64,000 bases of DNA from a virus. The position numbers and the translations under genes were made by a program. Positions 41,141 to 48,610 of this stretch are shown in pieces (the first letter of the stretch is position 1; the number at the start of each line of letters is the position of its first letter). A model generated the notes under the pieces. The model had not been told where the DNA came from. It worked only from the letters and a program-made list of their open reading frames with translations, and searched no databases. The stretch is taken from the IMG/VR virus record IMGVR_UViG_3300025645_000060, positions 4,947-68,946 of that record. One strand, written 5' to 3'.

Positions 41141-41365
41141 TTATAACTCACTTACACAAGATTGGCATAGATTCCTACCCTTACCAGATGTATCTATTGC
41201 ATAACTAACAGTTTTTGTCGCTGTATCATTCCACACCCTTTTGCATCCATCACACTTAGTCTTGCAAGGCAATCCTCTATAACACATCTTAAATTCTGAT
41301 ATGCCATACCTATCCACCCATACCTTACTAGAGTCTATTTGAAAATCTTCGTAACCCATTTCCAT
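41141..41365 (-). CDS. small Cys-rich protein
   Basis: CDGC...CQSC. Confidence 0.5.
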   Translation of the reverse strand: MEMGYEDFQIDSSKVWVDRYGISEFKMCYRGLPCKTKCDGCKRVWNDTATKTVSYAIDTSGKGRNLCQSCVSEL

Positions 41366-41673
41366 GTTTTTTTAACGATAGAACCTATAACACTATCGGT
41401 TTTTCGTATGTAATTATCATTACTTTCTTTTGCTAAAGCCAACCTCTCGGCTATAATCTTATTTATCTCAGCATTGTCAGCATTGATCTTATCGAGATTA
41501 TCCATAACGCTCTTACAGTAGTCCACTACAGCATCCTCTCCTTTAATTCTGTATATCTTCTTCATTTGACGATACCTACAGTTTGCATGGGGAAATCCAT
41601 TCTTGTCGATACTTATGTCTAATGGCATTGAGTTTGCCAAGTCTCTAAACTGCTTTAATTTTTGCTTCTTCAT
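41335..41673 (-). CDS. hypothetical protein
   Basis: ORF. Confidence 0.55.
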   Translation of the reverse strand: MKKQKLKQFRDLANSMPLDISIDKNGFPHANCRYRQMKKIYRIKGEDAVVDYCKSVMDNLDKINADNAEINKIIAERLALAKESNDNYIRKTDSVIGSIVKKTWKWVTKIFK

Positions 41674-41756
41674 ATTCGTTATACTGATCCGTTAAAGAAT
41701 TGTGGTCTATTTTTCCCATTATTCCATATAAAAACAACCATAATTAGTATTGTACC

Positions 41757-42137
41757 CTAACATCGCCTTACTTTAGAGCAGTTTTCACTAAAAGTTATCC
41801 ATTGTATATTCCCTATTAAATACCCTTTCTCTGGGTCTATCCTATCTATACTAGGGCATATTCTCCTTTCGTAGCTTACAGATTCCCACTTATCAAATAA
41901 CACATTAAATTCATTACTATTTAATGAAAATTCATAGAATAAATCTTTATCTAGTATTTCCAAGCCTAAATAAAGATGATTTTTATTCTTAGTCACACCC
42001 GTAACTCTGCTTTTCATATTCCTATAACACCTAACTAAAAACCCTTTCTTTGTTTTTTCGTATTTCTTAGTGTTTTTATTGTTGTCTTTAACTCTTCTTA
42101 ATCTTTGCTTTTTGTTTTCAATTTCTCGTTTTGTCAT
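41757..42137 (-). CDS. HNH-like (homing-type) endonuclease
   Basis: PSIDRIDPEKGYLIGNIQWITFSEN; has its own -7 box. Confidence 0.7.
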   Translation of the reverse strand: MTKREIENKKQRLRRVKDNNKNTKKYEKTKKGFLVRCYRNMKSRVTGVTKNKNHLYLGLEILDKDLFYEFSLNSNEFNVLFDKWESVSYERRICPSIDRIDPEKGYLIGNIQWITFSENCSKVRRC

Positions 42138-42188
42138 ATCTTATATGTTTAAGATACAAATATACAAAACAATCATGTTAATCACGAA

Positions 42189-43457
42189 TCATTTCCACTT
42201 AAAATAATAAGGGTGCGAATGGTAGCAATCTTCCTTAAAATTGAAATTATAAAAACCGCTTATACCTTTTTTGAAATTAGTTTGAACCCAATTAGATGAA
42301 GGACTAAAAGCAGGGAAATTCCAATATTTGAATTTTTGAGATGTGGAGTTATCAAATATATCTTGATGGCTATCTCCTTTAATAAAGTATATTTCTAAAT
42401 CTTTACTAACTAAATTGTTATCATATAGATAGTTCTCTATTTTTTCAATCTGAATAGCATCTAATTTAGGCTTAAACCCAAACTTTAAATTTTTGCCATC
42501 CTTACCATGAGTAGATACAAATACTTTATTACCGTACACGTAATGATTTATAAATTTACGTTGGTTAGTTATGTTTACATTATTATACTTATACTCTATA
42601 AACTTCTTAAATGATGAATTAACCACATAAGAAAAGCTTCCAGAATGGTTGTCATCACAAATATTTATAACATCAATCTGTGAGTAATGCTTTACTAATT
42701 CGTCAATTAATCGAACCTTAAAAGATAACCCAACATCGAAAGCTTTTTCGTTATCCATGTTTTGAGGTAACTCATGCCCTTTACGTACCGTTTCGCCATC
42801 CCATCCATCCATGAAATCACCTAAATCAAATAAAATTAATTTATTAGACTTCTTATTTTCTATTATTTTACTTGCGTAAATAGATAACCTTTCTTCAACT
42901 TCGTACTCATCCCATTTACCCCCATATAAACCGTACCCATTAGGATTTGGATTCATTGCAATATGGGTATCAGTAAAGACAGAAACATCAAAAAGATAAC
43001 TACTATCAATATCTTTGACAGTTGTTTTAATAGGTTTCGTTCCTTTATATAACTCCTCTATTGATTCGCTTAACAAATTAACTAAATCAGGTTCTTTGTT
43101 ATCTGTTGTGTTTTCTCTAAATAGTATATTGAAAAACGGTGTTCCAGTATGAGATACTAACTTATAACTCTTAACATCCTCTCTAGGTAAGCTGTAAAAC
43201 TCGCAATACTCATCTATATCAAGCATCTTACCTGTCACGAAATTCCAAGCACTTAATACAAATGGTTTCGGATCATCAACTACCTTAGTAGACTTTGCTT
43301 TTTTGACAGATTTCTTCTTTCGATCTGAAATACCAATAAAATCTCTTTGCTCTTGAGTAATATAATACCTAGCAGTATCCCTACCTTCATCGTTACTCTT
43401 TACTTCTAAACCCAAAGACTTCGCTTCCTCTGGCATTAACCTAGTTCTTACTTTCAT
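42189..43457 (-). CDS. calcineurin-like metallophosphoesterase (phage A)
   Basis: DTH, GDFMD, DNH, HG and GDSH motifs. Confidence 0.75.
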   Translation of the reverse strand: MKVRTRLMPEEAKSLGLEVKSNDEGRDTARYYITQEQRDFIGISDRKKKSVKKAKSTKVVDDPKPFVLSAWNFVTGKMLDIDEYCEFYSLPREDVKSYKLVSHTGTPFFNILFRENTTDNKEPDLVNLLSESIEELYKGTKPIKTTVKDIDSSYLFDVSVFTDTHIAMNPNPNGYGLYGGKWDEYEVEERLSIYASKIIENKKSNKLILFDLGDFMDGWDGETVRKGHELPQNMDNEKAFDVGLSFKVRLIDELVKHYSQIDVINICDDNHSGSFSYVVNSSFKKFIEYKYNNVNITNQRKFINHYVYGNKVFVSTHGKDGKNLKFGFKPKLDAIQIEKIENYLYDNNLVSKDLEIYFIKGDSHQDIFDNSTSQKFKYWNFPAFSPSSNWVQTNFKKGISGFYNFNFKEDCYHSHPYYFKWK

Positions 43458-43624
43458 TAACTTCAGTTTTTTTGTATGAAATAACAGACACTAACCCTAA
43501 TTTGAATGGCTTGGTGAGTTATATCTAATTCACTTTGTATACTTTTTTAGACTTATCTAGTACCCCAACTTCTTGCTCGTGGTCAATGATACGAACTAAT
43601 ACGTGAGGAATACCATTTAAGTAC

Positions 43625-44032
43625 TTAATTCTCTTCCTCTTTGCCATATATATCTTCTTTAAATTCTTCATAACGTATAAAATATCTTATATTCTGAAAA
43701 TCTGAGCCAAAACCTCCATTGTACATCATCACCAACTGACTCTCAGTCGGCTCAAATCCATACTCTCTAGTAAATCTAGTATGTAGTATCTTTAAATACC
43801 CCTCTGCAACCACATAAGCCTTCTTGTAGTCAAGCATTTCTTCGTGTTGATAACAGTAGCCGTAAGTGTCGTTAACGTCTTGTAGTGCCGCCCTATGTAT
43901 CTGAAATGCCCCAATAGCATCAAAGTCGCAACTGTACTTGTTCCAATCTCCCATTGCACATGGATCACTATTACTTTCAATTACAGAAATCACAGAAAGT
44001 ATTATTGGTATTAATTTAATCATTTCTCTCAA
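43625..44032 (-). CDS. lysozyme/SLT-like muralytic enzyme
   Basis: VIES...AIGAFQI...YNGG; hydrophobic N-terminus. Confidence 0.65.
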   Translation of the reverse strand: MREMIKLIPIILSVISVIESNSDPCAMGDWNKYSCDFDAIGAFQIHRAALQDVNDTYGYCYQHEEMLDYKKAYVVAEGYLKILHTRFTREYGFEPTESQLVMMYNGGFGSDFQNIRYFIRYEEFKEDIYGKEEEN

Positions 44033-44133
44033 ATCTATTTATTTAGAAAGCGCATATGCAATAAGCATCCATAACGCCAATTGACTTAACACTAAAAATT
44101 CCATCATATTGTTTTATATTTTAGTTAAAAAAA

Positions 44134-44191
44134 AGATAACAGCCGATAAGATTCAACGCTAAAAAGCGCAGAACTTATCTATTCGTTTTTT
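44134..44191 (+). mobile_element. attC-like site 1 (A-tract class)
   Basis: GATAAC...GATAAG(A)TTC-CGCT/AGCG-GAACTTATC...CGTT hairpin. Confidence 0.65.
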
Positions 44192-44279
44192 TGCCTTCAA
44201 CACGTGCTTATAGAATCGGCACAAAGCCTGTTCATATCTTTGCTTTGCTGAACTATTAGCATAAGTACCATAAAAGTTT

Positions 44280-44474
44280 TCATTTCTTAAAATTTTCAAT
44301 TAAGTAATCTCCTACTGATACTTCGTGCGGCTTTCCACTATTTCTTCCGTACCTTTCTTTATATTCTTTAATAATCTGATTCGCTTTTGCTTCGAGATTT
44401 TTATTGCCGATTATTTCCTCTAGTATATCTAATAATTTAATATACTTTTCTTTCAATCTGTTTTTTAGTTTCAT
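44280..44474 (-). CDS. hypothetical protein, possible cassette cargo (MKLKNRL...)
   Basis: Lies between attC-like sites 1 and 2; the longer ORF call runs through site 2 and another gene. Confidence 0.5.
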   Translation of the reverse strand: MKLKNRLKEKYIKLLDILEEIIGNKNLEAKANQIIKEYKERYGRNSGKPHEVSVGDYLIENFKK

Positions 44475-44499
44475 TGTATTTATAGTTGAGTTTGTGAAA

Positions 44500-44556
44500 A
44501 AATAACAGTCGAAGATCATGCCATCGGAAAGGACGGCAGATTTCTTAGCGTTGTGT
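44500..44556 (+). mobile_element. attC-like site 2 (A-tract class)
   Basis: AATAACAGTC-GAAGATC-TGCC...GGCA-GATTTC...CGTTGTGT. Confidence 0.7.
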
Positions 44557-44562
44557 GTAATA

Positions 44563-44772
44563 CTAGCAACTACCATATCTGAAACTACCAAATCCTTCAC
44601 CATCGCATTCCTCATCTACAAAGAATCCAAGTTTATCAAGTTCTTCAATATCTTCCTTACTTACTAATTCAGGGTTTATATCTACATAAAAGTAGTCGTG
44701 TTCACAATGGCTTGGGTTTCTTGGGTTGCCATATTTTAAAAGGATTTGTAATGCTTTAATTAAATCTTCCAT
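44563..44772 (-). CDS. cassette cargo, small acidic protein
   Basis: Fills cassette 44551-44898. Confidence 0.7.
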   Translation of the reverse strand: MEDLIKALQILLKYGNPRNPSHCEHDYFYVDINPELVSKEDIEELDKLGFFVDEECDGEGFGSFRYGSC

Positions 44773-44809
44773 CTTATTTATTTAGTTTGTGGCTTAAATT
44801 CCGTACTAC

Positions 44810-44904
44810 ACACAACAATGTATATAGTTTATAAGCCAATTAATATTTGTTTTCAATTGTAATTTTCTGCTATGGCTTACAAAACCATATACTCAACGTT
44901 AGTA
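44810..44904 (+). mobile_element. attC-like site 3
   Basis: ACACAAC-AAT-GTATATAGTTTATAAGCCA...TGGCTTACAAAACCATATAC-TCAAC-GTTAGTA. Confidence 0.85.
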
Positions 44905-44943
44905 ACAATTATTTTTTTTTGCCACCAAGCAGTACGCACTTAC

Positions 44944-45411
44944 TCAATCGTTATTATAATGCTTTAAATAAGGCTGTTCTTTTTTGGTACATTTCTTTTT
45001 CCATCGTTTGTCTAAAAAGATTATATATCTAAATTGTCTTAGTGTTTCTTTTGTGGCTTTCTCTTTAAAACCACGCCTTTCCAACTCAGCCTTTTTATTT
45101 CGGTTGTTATTCGTTATTAAACTATTATGGTATGTTTTCCCCTCAAAGTTCCAGAAAGTACTTGTATGCTCACCAAAATAACTAAAATTAGCCGCTTGGT
45201 AAACAATACCTAAACCTCCACACCGTTCATCTGCAAAACTTTGAATCCACTTAACAGTCTTGTATTTACCTTTAATGTATTTTATGCTATAACTTATGGC
45301 TTTACTTTCTGTATTTTTAACAGCCTTATCATCAAACCACATTCTATTAAGTTCCTTGTATTGGTTTAGTTTCGTTCCTGTAACTAAAGAGCCTCCGCTT
45401 TGTGGGTTCAT
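44944..45411 (-). pseudogene. Mom-like/GNAT DNA-modification protein, apparently 5'-truncated
   Basis: ELNRMWFDD...ESKAIS...IQSFADERCG..GIVYQAANF; the N-terminal part and a closing attC are missing. Confidence 0.55.
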
Positions 45412-45555
45412 AGCATTATGCCGTTTACCTCAGTCATGTATTCTTTAAAAGTCATATTCTCGTTATTTATACCGCCTCAGACGGTGTTTAGCTTTTTCGT
45501 TATCACATAAGTTAACAAACATAAATTAATGTAAACATATCTGACTACATTTTGA

Positions 45556-45655
45556 AATGGAGTAGCGATTAAAGTTTCACCTCAATAACCACCACTCCAA
45601 ATAACCTGCCTTGGTAGCGACTCCAGAACATCAAATGATGCAACGACAGCAGCGA
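45556..45655 (-). ncRNA. candidate structured RNA, copy 1
   Basis: Homologous to 59911-60012; G.U-containing stem around GAGGTGAAAC. Confidence 0.65.
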
Positions 45656-45660
45656 CTCAG

Positions 45661-46053
45661 CTAAGAGTCGATATCTTTAAATATATTTTCCAAGTCTTTC
45701 TTTAAATACTCGTAGTTCAGTGCAGTATATCTAAGAACCTTCCATCCTAGTATAGCTGCGTTATTGTACTTTTCGCAATCTTTACTGTAGCCTGTAATGG
45801 AAGTGTGTCGGCTCTTATGTCCTACAATTCCCTCATACTCTATAGCCACATTGATACTCAGTATAGCAACATCAAATCTCCATCGCCTAGTCTTGTGGAA
45901 TCTATGTTCTTCTACGTAGGCTATTTCCATCTCGTCAAGTATGTTCAGTATATTAACCAAACCAACAGGTCTATTGTCAACTAGATCTTCCGCTCCTTTT
46001 ACTCTGCGCCCTTTATTCTTTAACTTCTCTACATCCTTTTTAGTCCATTTCAT
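45661..46053 (-). CDS. PD-(D/E)XK nuclease (DUF559-like)
   Basis: EHRFHKTRRWRFDVA...AIEYEG...KYNNAAILGWKVLR. Confidence 0.8.
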   Translation of the reverse strand: MKWTKKDVEKLKNKGRRVKGAEDLVDNRPVGLVNILNILDEMEIAYVEEHRFHKTRRWRFDVAILSINVAIEYEGIVGHKSRHTSITGYSKDCEKYNNAAILGWKVLRYTALNYEYLKKDLENIFKDIDS

Positions 46054-46075
46054 GTAACAAAAATACTAAAAAAAA

Positions 46076-46134
46076 AAATAACAGTCGATGAAGATTCAAC
46101 GATAAGAATCGCAGAACTTATCTCTTCGTTGTGC
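46076..46134 (+). mobile_element. attC-like site 4 (A-tract class; head of the main array)
   Basis: Near copy of site 1; ends CGTTGTGC. Confidence 0.75.
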
Positions 46135-46139
46135 GCAAT

Positions 46140-46367
46140 TTAAGCAACATCTGCACTTTTATAGTCAGAAGGCTCAAATCCTGCGTTCCAAAAAAATAGT
46201 GTACCTCTTTTTAGTTTCTTTTTTGTGTCTTGATGCTCACATTCTACTTTCCTTTTTTCAATCGGTTTTTCGCACCTCTCACCATCTGAATTGATGAAGT
46301 AAACCAAGTCGCCTTCTTTTACTTCTTTACCATTTGATAATTTTGTCTTTTTAAATAATCCGAACAT
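46140..46367 (-). CDS. cassette cargo, paralog of 47324-47554
   Basis: Cassette 46129-46503; FINSDGERCE...GTLFFWN. Confidence 0.75.
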   Translation of the reverse strand: MFGLFKKTKLSNGKEVKEGDLVYFINSDGERCEKPIEKRKVECEHQDTKKKLKRGTLFFWNAGFEPSDYKSADVA

Positions 46368-46378
46368 AATAAAACTGC

Positions 46379-46509
46379 GCACAACATTGTATATAAATCA
46401 GTGGCGTTGTACGTCTTTTTAACCACTTTTAGCTGTTTTATTTAGTTTAAGCGTGTTGGCAATCTATCAGCTATTAATCGCCACCGCTTCATATACTTAG
46501 CCGTTATCT
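46379..46509 (+). mobile_element. attC-like site 5
   Basis: GCACAAC-ATT-GTATATAAATCAGTGGCG...CGCCACCGCTTCATATAC-TTAGCC-GTTATCT. Confidence 0.85.
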
Positions 46510-46516
46510 ACAATAT

Positions 46517-46705
46517 CTATTTTGCCGCCCTCTTATATGTATTCACCCACACAAACCTTCTGCATATATAACAAAATACCTGTGTATTGCCCGTTTTAAT
46601 TTGCTTGTCTGCCCAATCGAACCATTGGTTATAACCATCTGGTTCTTTCATCTGATGTTTTATATGTGGGTGTACACATATTGTGTCTTTCTTTTTAAAG
46701 CACAT
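46517..46705 (-). CDS. cassette cargo, small Cys/His protein
   Basis: Cassette 46504-47028; EPDGYNQWFDWA...CYIC. Confidence 0.65.
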   Translation of the reverse strand: MCFKKKDTICVHPHIKHQMKEPDGYNQWFDWADKQIKTGNTQVFCYICRRFVWVNTYKRAAK

Positions 46706-46925
46706 ATTTATATACTATATATTCATTTATAAACTTGTACATATGGTCTAATCTCCAACCACCTTTAGTTTTCCATAGCCATGTAGTATAATCTTTTAGT
46801 ATTTCAATTTCTTTTTTTTTGTATTTACCTTCTACTATATTGATAATCTCGTCAATATCGCCTTGTAATAAGGTGACATTATGATTGTCTGCCATATAGT
46901 CAAATAGGTCTTGATTTTCCTCCAT
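46695..46925 (-). CDS. cassette cargo, hypothetical protein
   Basis: Second gene of cassette 46504-47028. Confidence 0.65.
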   Translation of the reverse strand: MEENQDLFDYMADNHNVTLLQGDIDEIINIVEGKYKKKEIEILKDYTTWLWKTKGGWRLDHMYKFINEYIVYKYVL

Positions 46926-46978
46926 AATTTGATTTTTTTAATTTTAAAAAAGCTCCGCAGCTAAAAAATAGATACTGT

Positions 46979-47034
46979 AGATAACAGTAGATACGATGTC
47001 ATACGAGTACGACACATATCATCTGCCGTTACCA
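46979..47034 (+). mobile_element. attC-like site 6
   Basis: AGATAAC...GATA-TGTC-TAC/GTA-GACA-TATC...CGTTACCA. Confidence 0.8.
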
Positions 47035-47040
47035 ATAATA

Positions 47041-47223
47041 CTAAATTTTAGTACTATCAATTAACTCGTTGTATTCTTCAATCCACTCAATAGGTATTTT
47101 CATACTTGCATCGTAGTATCTTACAATTGCACCTCTTACTTCTTGTAGCCTTTCAAGTCTATTTACAAACTTAGGTTTCAATCCTATTGGTGGCATTTCT
47201 ACTTTTTCGTGTTCTTTTTTCAT
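47041..47223 (-). CDS. cassette cargo, small phage protein
   Basis: Cassette 47029-47313; PPIGLKP...IPIEWIEEYNEL. Confidence 0.7.
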   Translation of the reverse strand: MKKEHEKVEMPPIGLKPKFVNRLERLQEVRGAIVRYYDASMKIPIEWIEEYNELIDSTKI

Positions 47224-47264
47224 CTTTTCTATTTATTAAGTTATTTCTATTTAATCCGTACTAT

Positions 47265-47319
47265 TGGTAACAACACCTATACGCCATACAAATACAGGCG
47301 CATAGCCAAACCGTTATGC
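47265..47319 (+). mobile_element. attC-like site 7
   Basis: TGGTAAC...CTATACGCC...GGCGCATAG...CGTTATGC. Confidence 0.8.
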
Positions 47320-47323
47320 GCAA

Positions 47324-47554
47324 TTAAACAATAAACGCATTCTTGTAATCTGAAATATTAAATCCAATATTCCAGAAAAACAAAGTTCCTTTTTTCAGCC
47401 TTTCACCAGTATCATTGTGTGTTGTCTTAAATTTCCTACATTGTATTAAACCTTCGCATCTTTCACCATCTGAGTTTATAAAAGCAATCTTATCGCCTTC
47501 TTTTACCTCAGTACCATTAAATAGTTTTGTTTTTCTTTGCTTAAATAAGTTCAT
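47324..47554 (-). CDS. cassette cargo, paralog of 46140-46367
   Basis: Cassette 47314-47660. Confidence 0.75.
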   Translation of the reverse strand: MNLFKQRKTKLFNGTEVKEGDKIAFINSDGERCEGLIQCRKFKTTHNDTGERLKKGTLFFWNIGFNISDYKNAFIV

Positions 47555-47572
47555 AATCAACCAATTAACGGC

Positions 47573-47666
47573 ACACAACATTGTATATAGTTAATGCGCC
47601 AATGAAGTTGAGTGCTTAATTCAATCGTTTGTTGTAGGCGCACTAACCATATACCTACCGTTGTAC
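47573..47666 (+). mobile_element. attC-like site 8
   Basis: ACACAAC-ATT-GTATATAGTTAATGCGCC...GGCGCACTAACCATATAC-CTACC-GTTGTAC. Confidence 0.85.
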
Positions 47667-47670
47667 GCCA

Positions 47671-47934
47671 TTAAAGCCTACTCCCCCAATAATCATCCCA
47701 CAACTCTTGGTAATATTCATAGCTTTCTTGTTGGCAGTATTTGCAACCTATTGCATAATTGCTTTCTTCATCTACATAAGCAGTATTCATTCTGTACCTT
47801 TTGGGGTATAAAAACCATCCATGCAAGGGGCAGTATCCCAACGCCCACCACACAAAACGGCGTACAACAATAAATAAACGCAATTGTTTACGCTCTTTCT
47901 GTTGCTTATGTGTTATATTTTCAAAGTCTTTCAT
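47671..47934 (-). CDS. cassette cargo whose 5' part overlaps attC site 9
   Basis: Cassette 47661-47973; probable ATG in the attC loop. Confidence 0.6.
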   Translation of the reverse strand: MKDFENITHKQQKERKQLRLFIVVRRFVWWALGYCPLHGWFLYPKRYRMNTAYVDEESNYAIGCKYCQQESYEYYQELWDDYWGSRL

Positions 47935-47979
47935 TTTATCAAATTTAGTGTTCAACTGCGTTTATTATCAACGTTACCT
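47862..47979 (+). mobile_element. attC-like site 9 (abuts the terS stop codon)
   Basis: GTACAAC...AATAAACGCAATTG...CAACTGCGTTTATT-ATCAAC-GTTACCT. Confidence 0.85.
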
Positions 47980-48361
47980 ACAGATCGTCACCAGCTTCAT
48001 CTATTACATTATTCTTTGCTGCTGCCGCATCTAGTAACTTTCTATCTTTTGGACTCAACCCAAAAAGACTAGATAGTTTAATGATATTCGCTATTGCTTT
48101 ATTTCGGATCGCCACCTCTGGTCTAGCTTGTCTGTAATCATTACCAGCTATAAATGTCAGGCCATCTTCTAATGCTTCATTACATATGTTAACAGTGTTT
48201 ATCGCTTGCGCTAAAAGTGATAATGATATTTGATCTTTTTGCAGATCAATAGACCCTTCCAGGTTAATTAATATTTGATCATATATTCTTTGATCTTCTT
48301 GCGCTCTTTTTATTAATTCCGCTTCGGTTGGTTTGTTTGATTTCAATTTTTTTAATGCCAT
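47978..48361 (-). CDS. terS: terminase small subunit, P27 family (phage B)
   Basis: EDGLTF...RPEVAIRNKA...LSSLFGLSPKDRKLL. Confidence 0.85.
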   Translation of the reverse strand: MALKKLKSNKPTEAELIKRAQEDQRIYDQILINLEGSIDLQKDQISLSLLAQAINTVNICNEALEDGLTFIAGNDYRQARPEVAIRNKAIANIIKLSSLFGLSPKDRKLLDAAAAKNNVIDEAGDDL

Positions 48362-48372
48362 TTTTTAAATTT

Positions 48373-48609
48373 TTAAAAAGATAATATTACAAAATCTTTA
48401 TGTAAACCATATTTTTCACAATTTTTTAATATATATTTAATTTTTACTTTTATTTTTTTATTTGTGTAAAATTCGTTTTTAATTTCATGTAAAGTAATAT
48501 AATCTCCAATTTTATAATTTTTAGAATTTTTTCTTAATTCAAAATTTTTATTTCCGTTTTTTATTTCTTTAAAATATTTAGATAAAATATCAAGATCGTG
48601 GTTTTTCAT
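48373..48609 (-). CDS. DUF3850/ASCH(PUA)-domain protein
   Basis: HDLDILSKYFKEIKNGNKNFELRKN...YKIGD.ITLHE. Confidence 0.8.
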   Translation of the reverse strand: MKNHDLDILSKYFKEIKNGNKNFELRKNSKNYKIGDYITLHEIKNEFYTNKKIKVKIKYILKNCEKYGLHKDFVILSF

Positions 48610-48610
48610 T

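Noticed and set aside
44475-44615. N-terminal extension of ORF 44280-44615
   Set aside because: Overlaps another gene and crosses attC site 2; ATG 44474 is the more plausible start.
44134-47979. Hairpins as simple terminators or CRISPR repeats
   Set aside because: They differ in sequence and length, keep AAC/GTT cores and show cross-cassette core complementarity that terminators would not.
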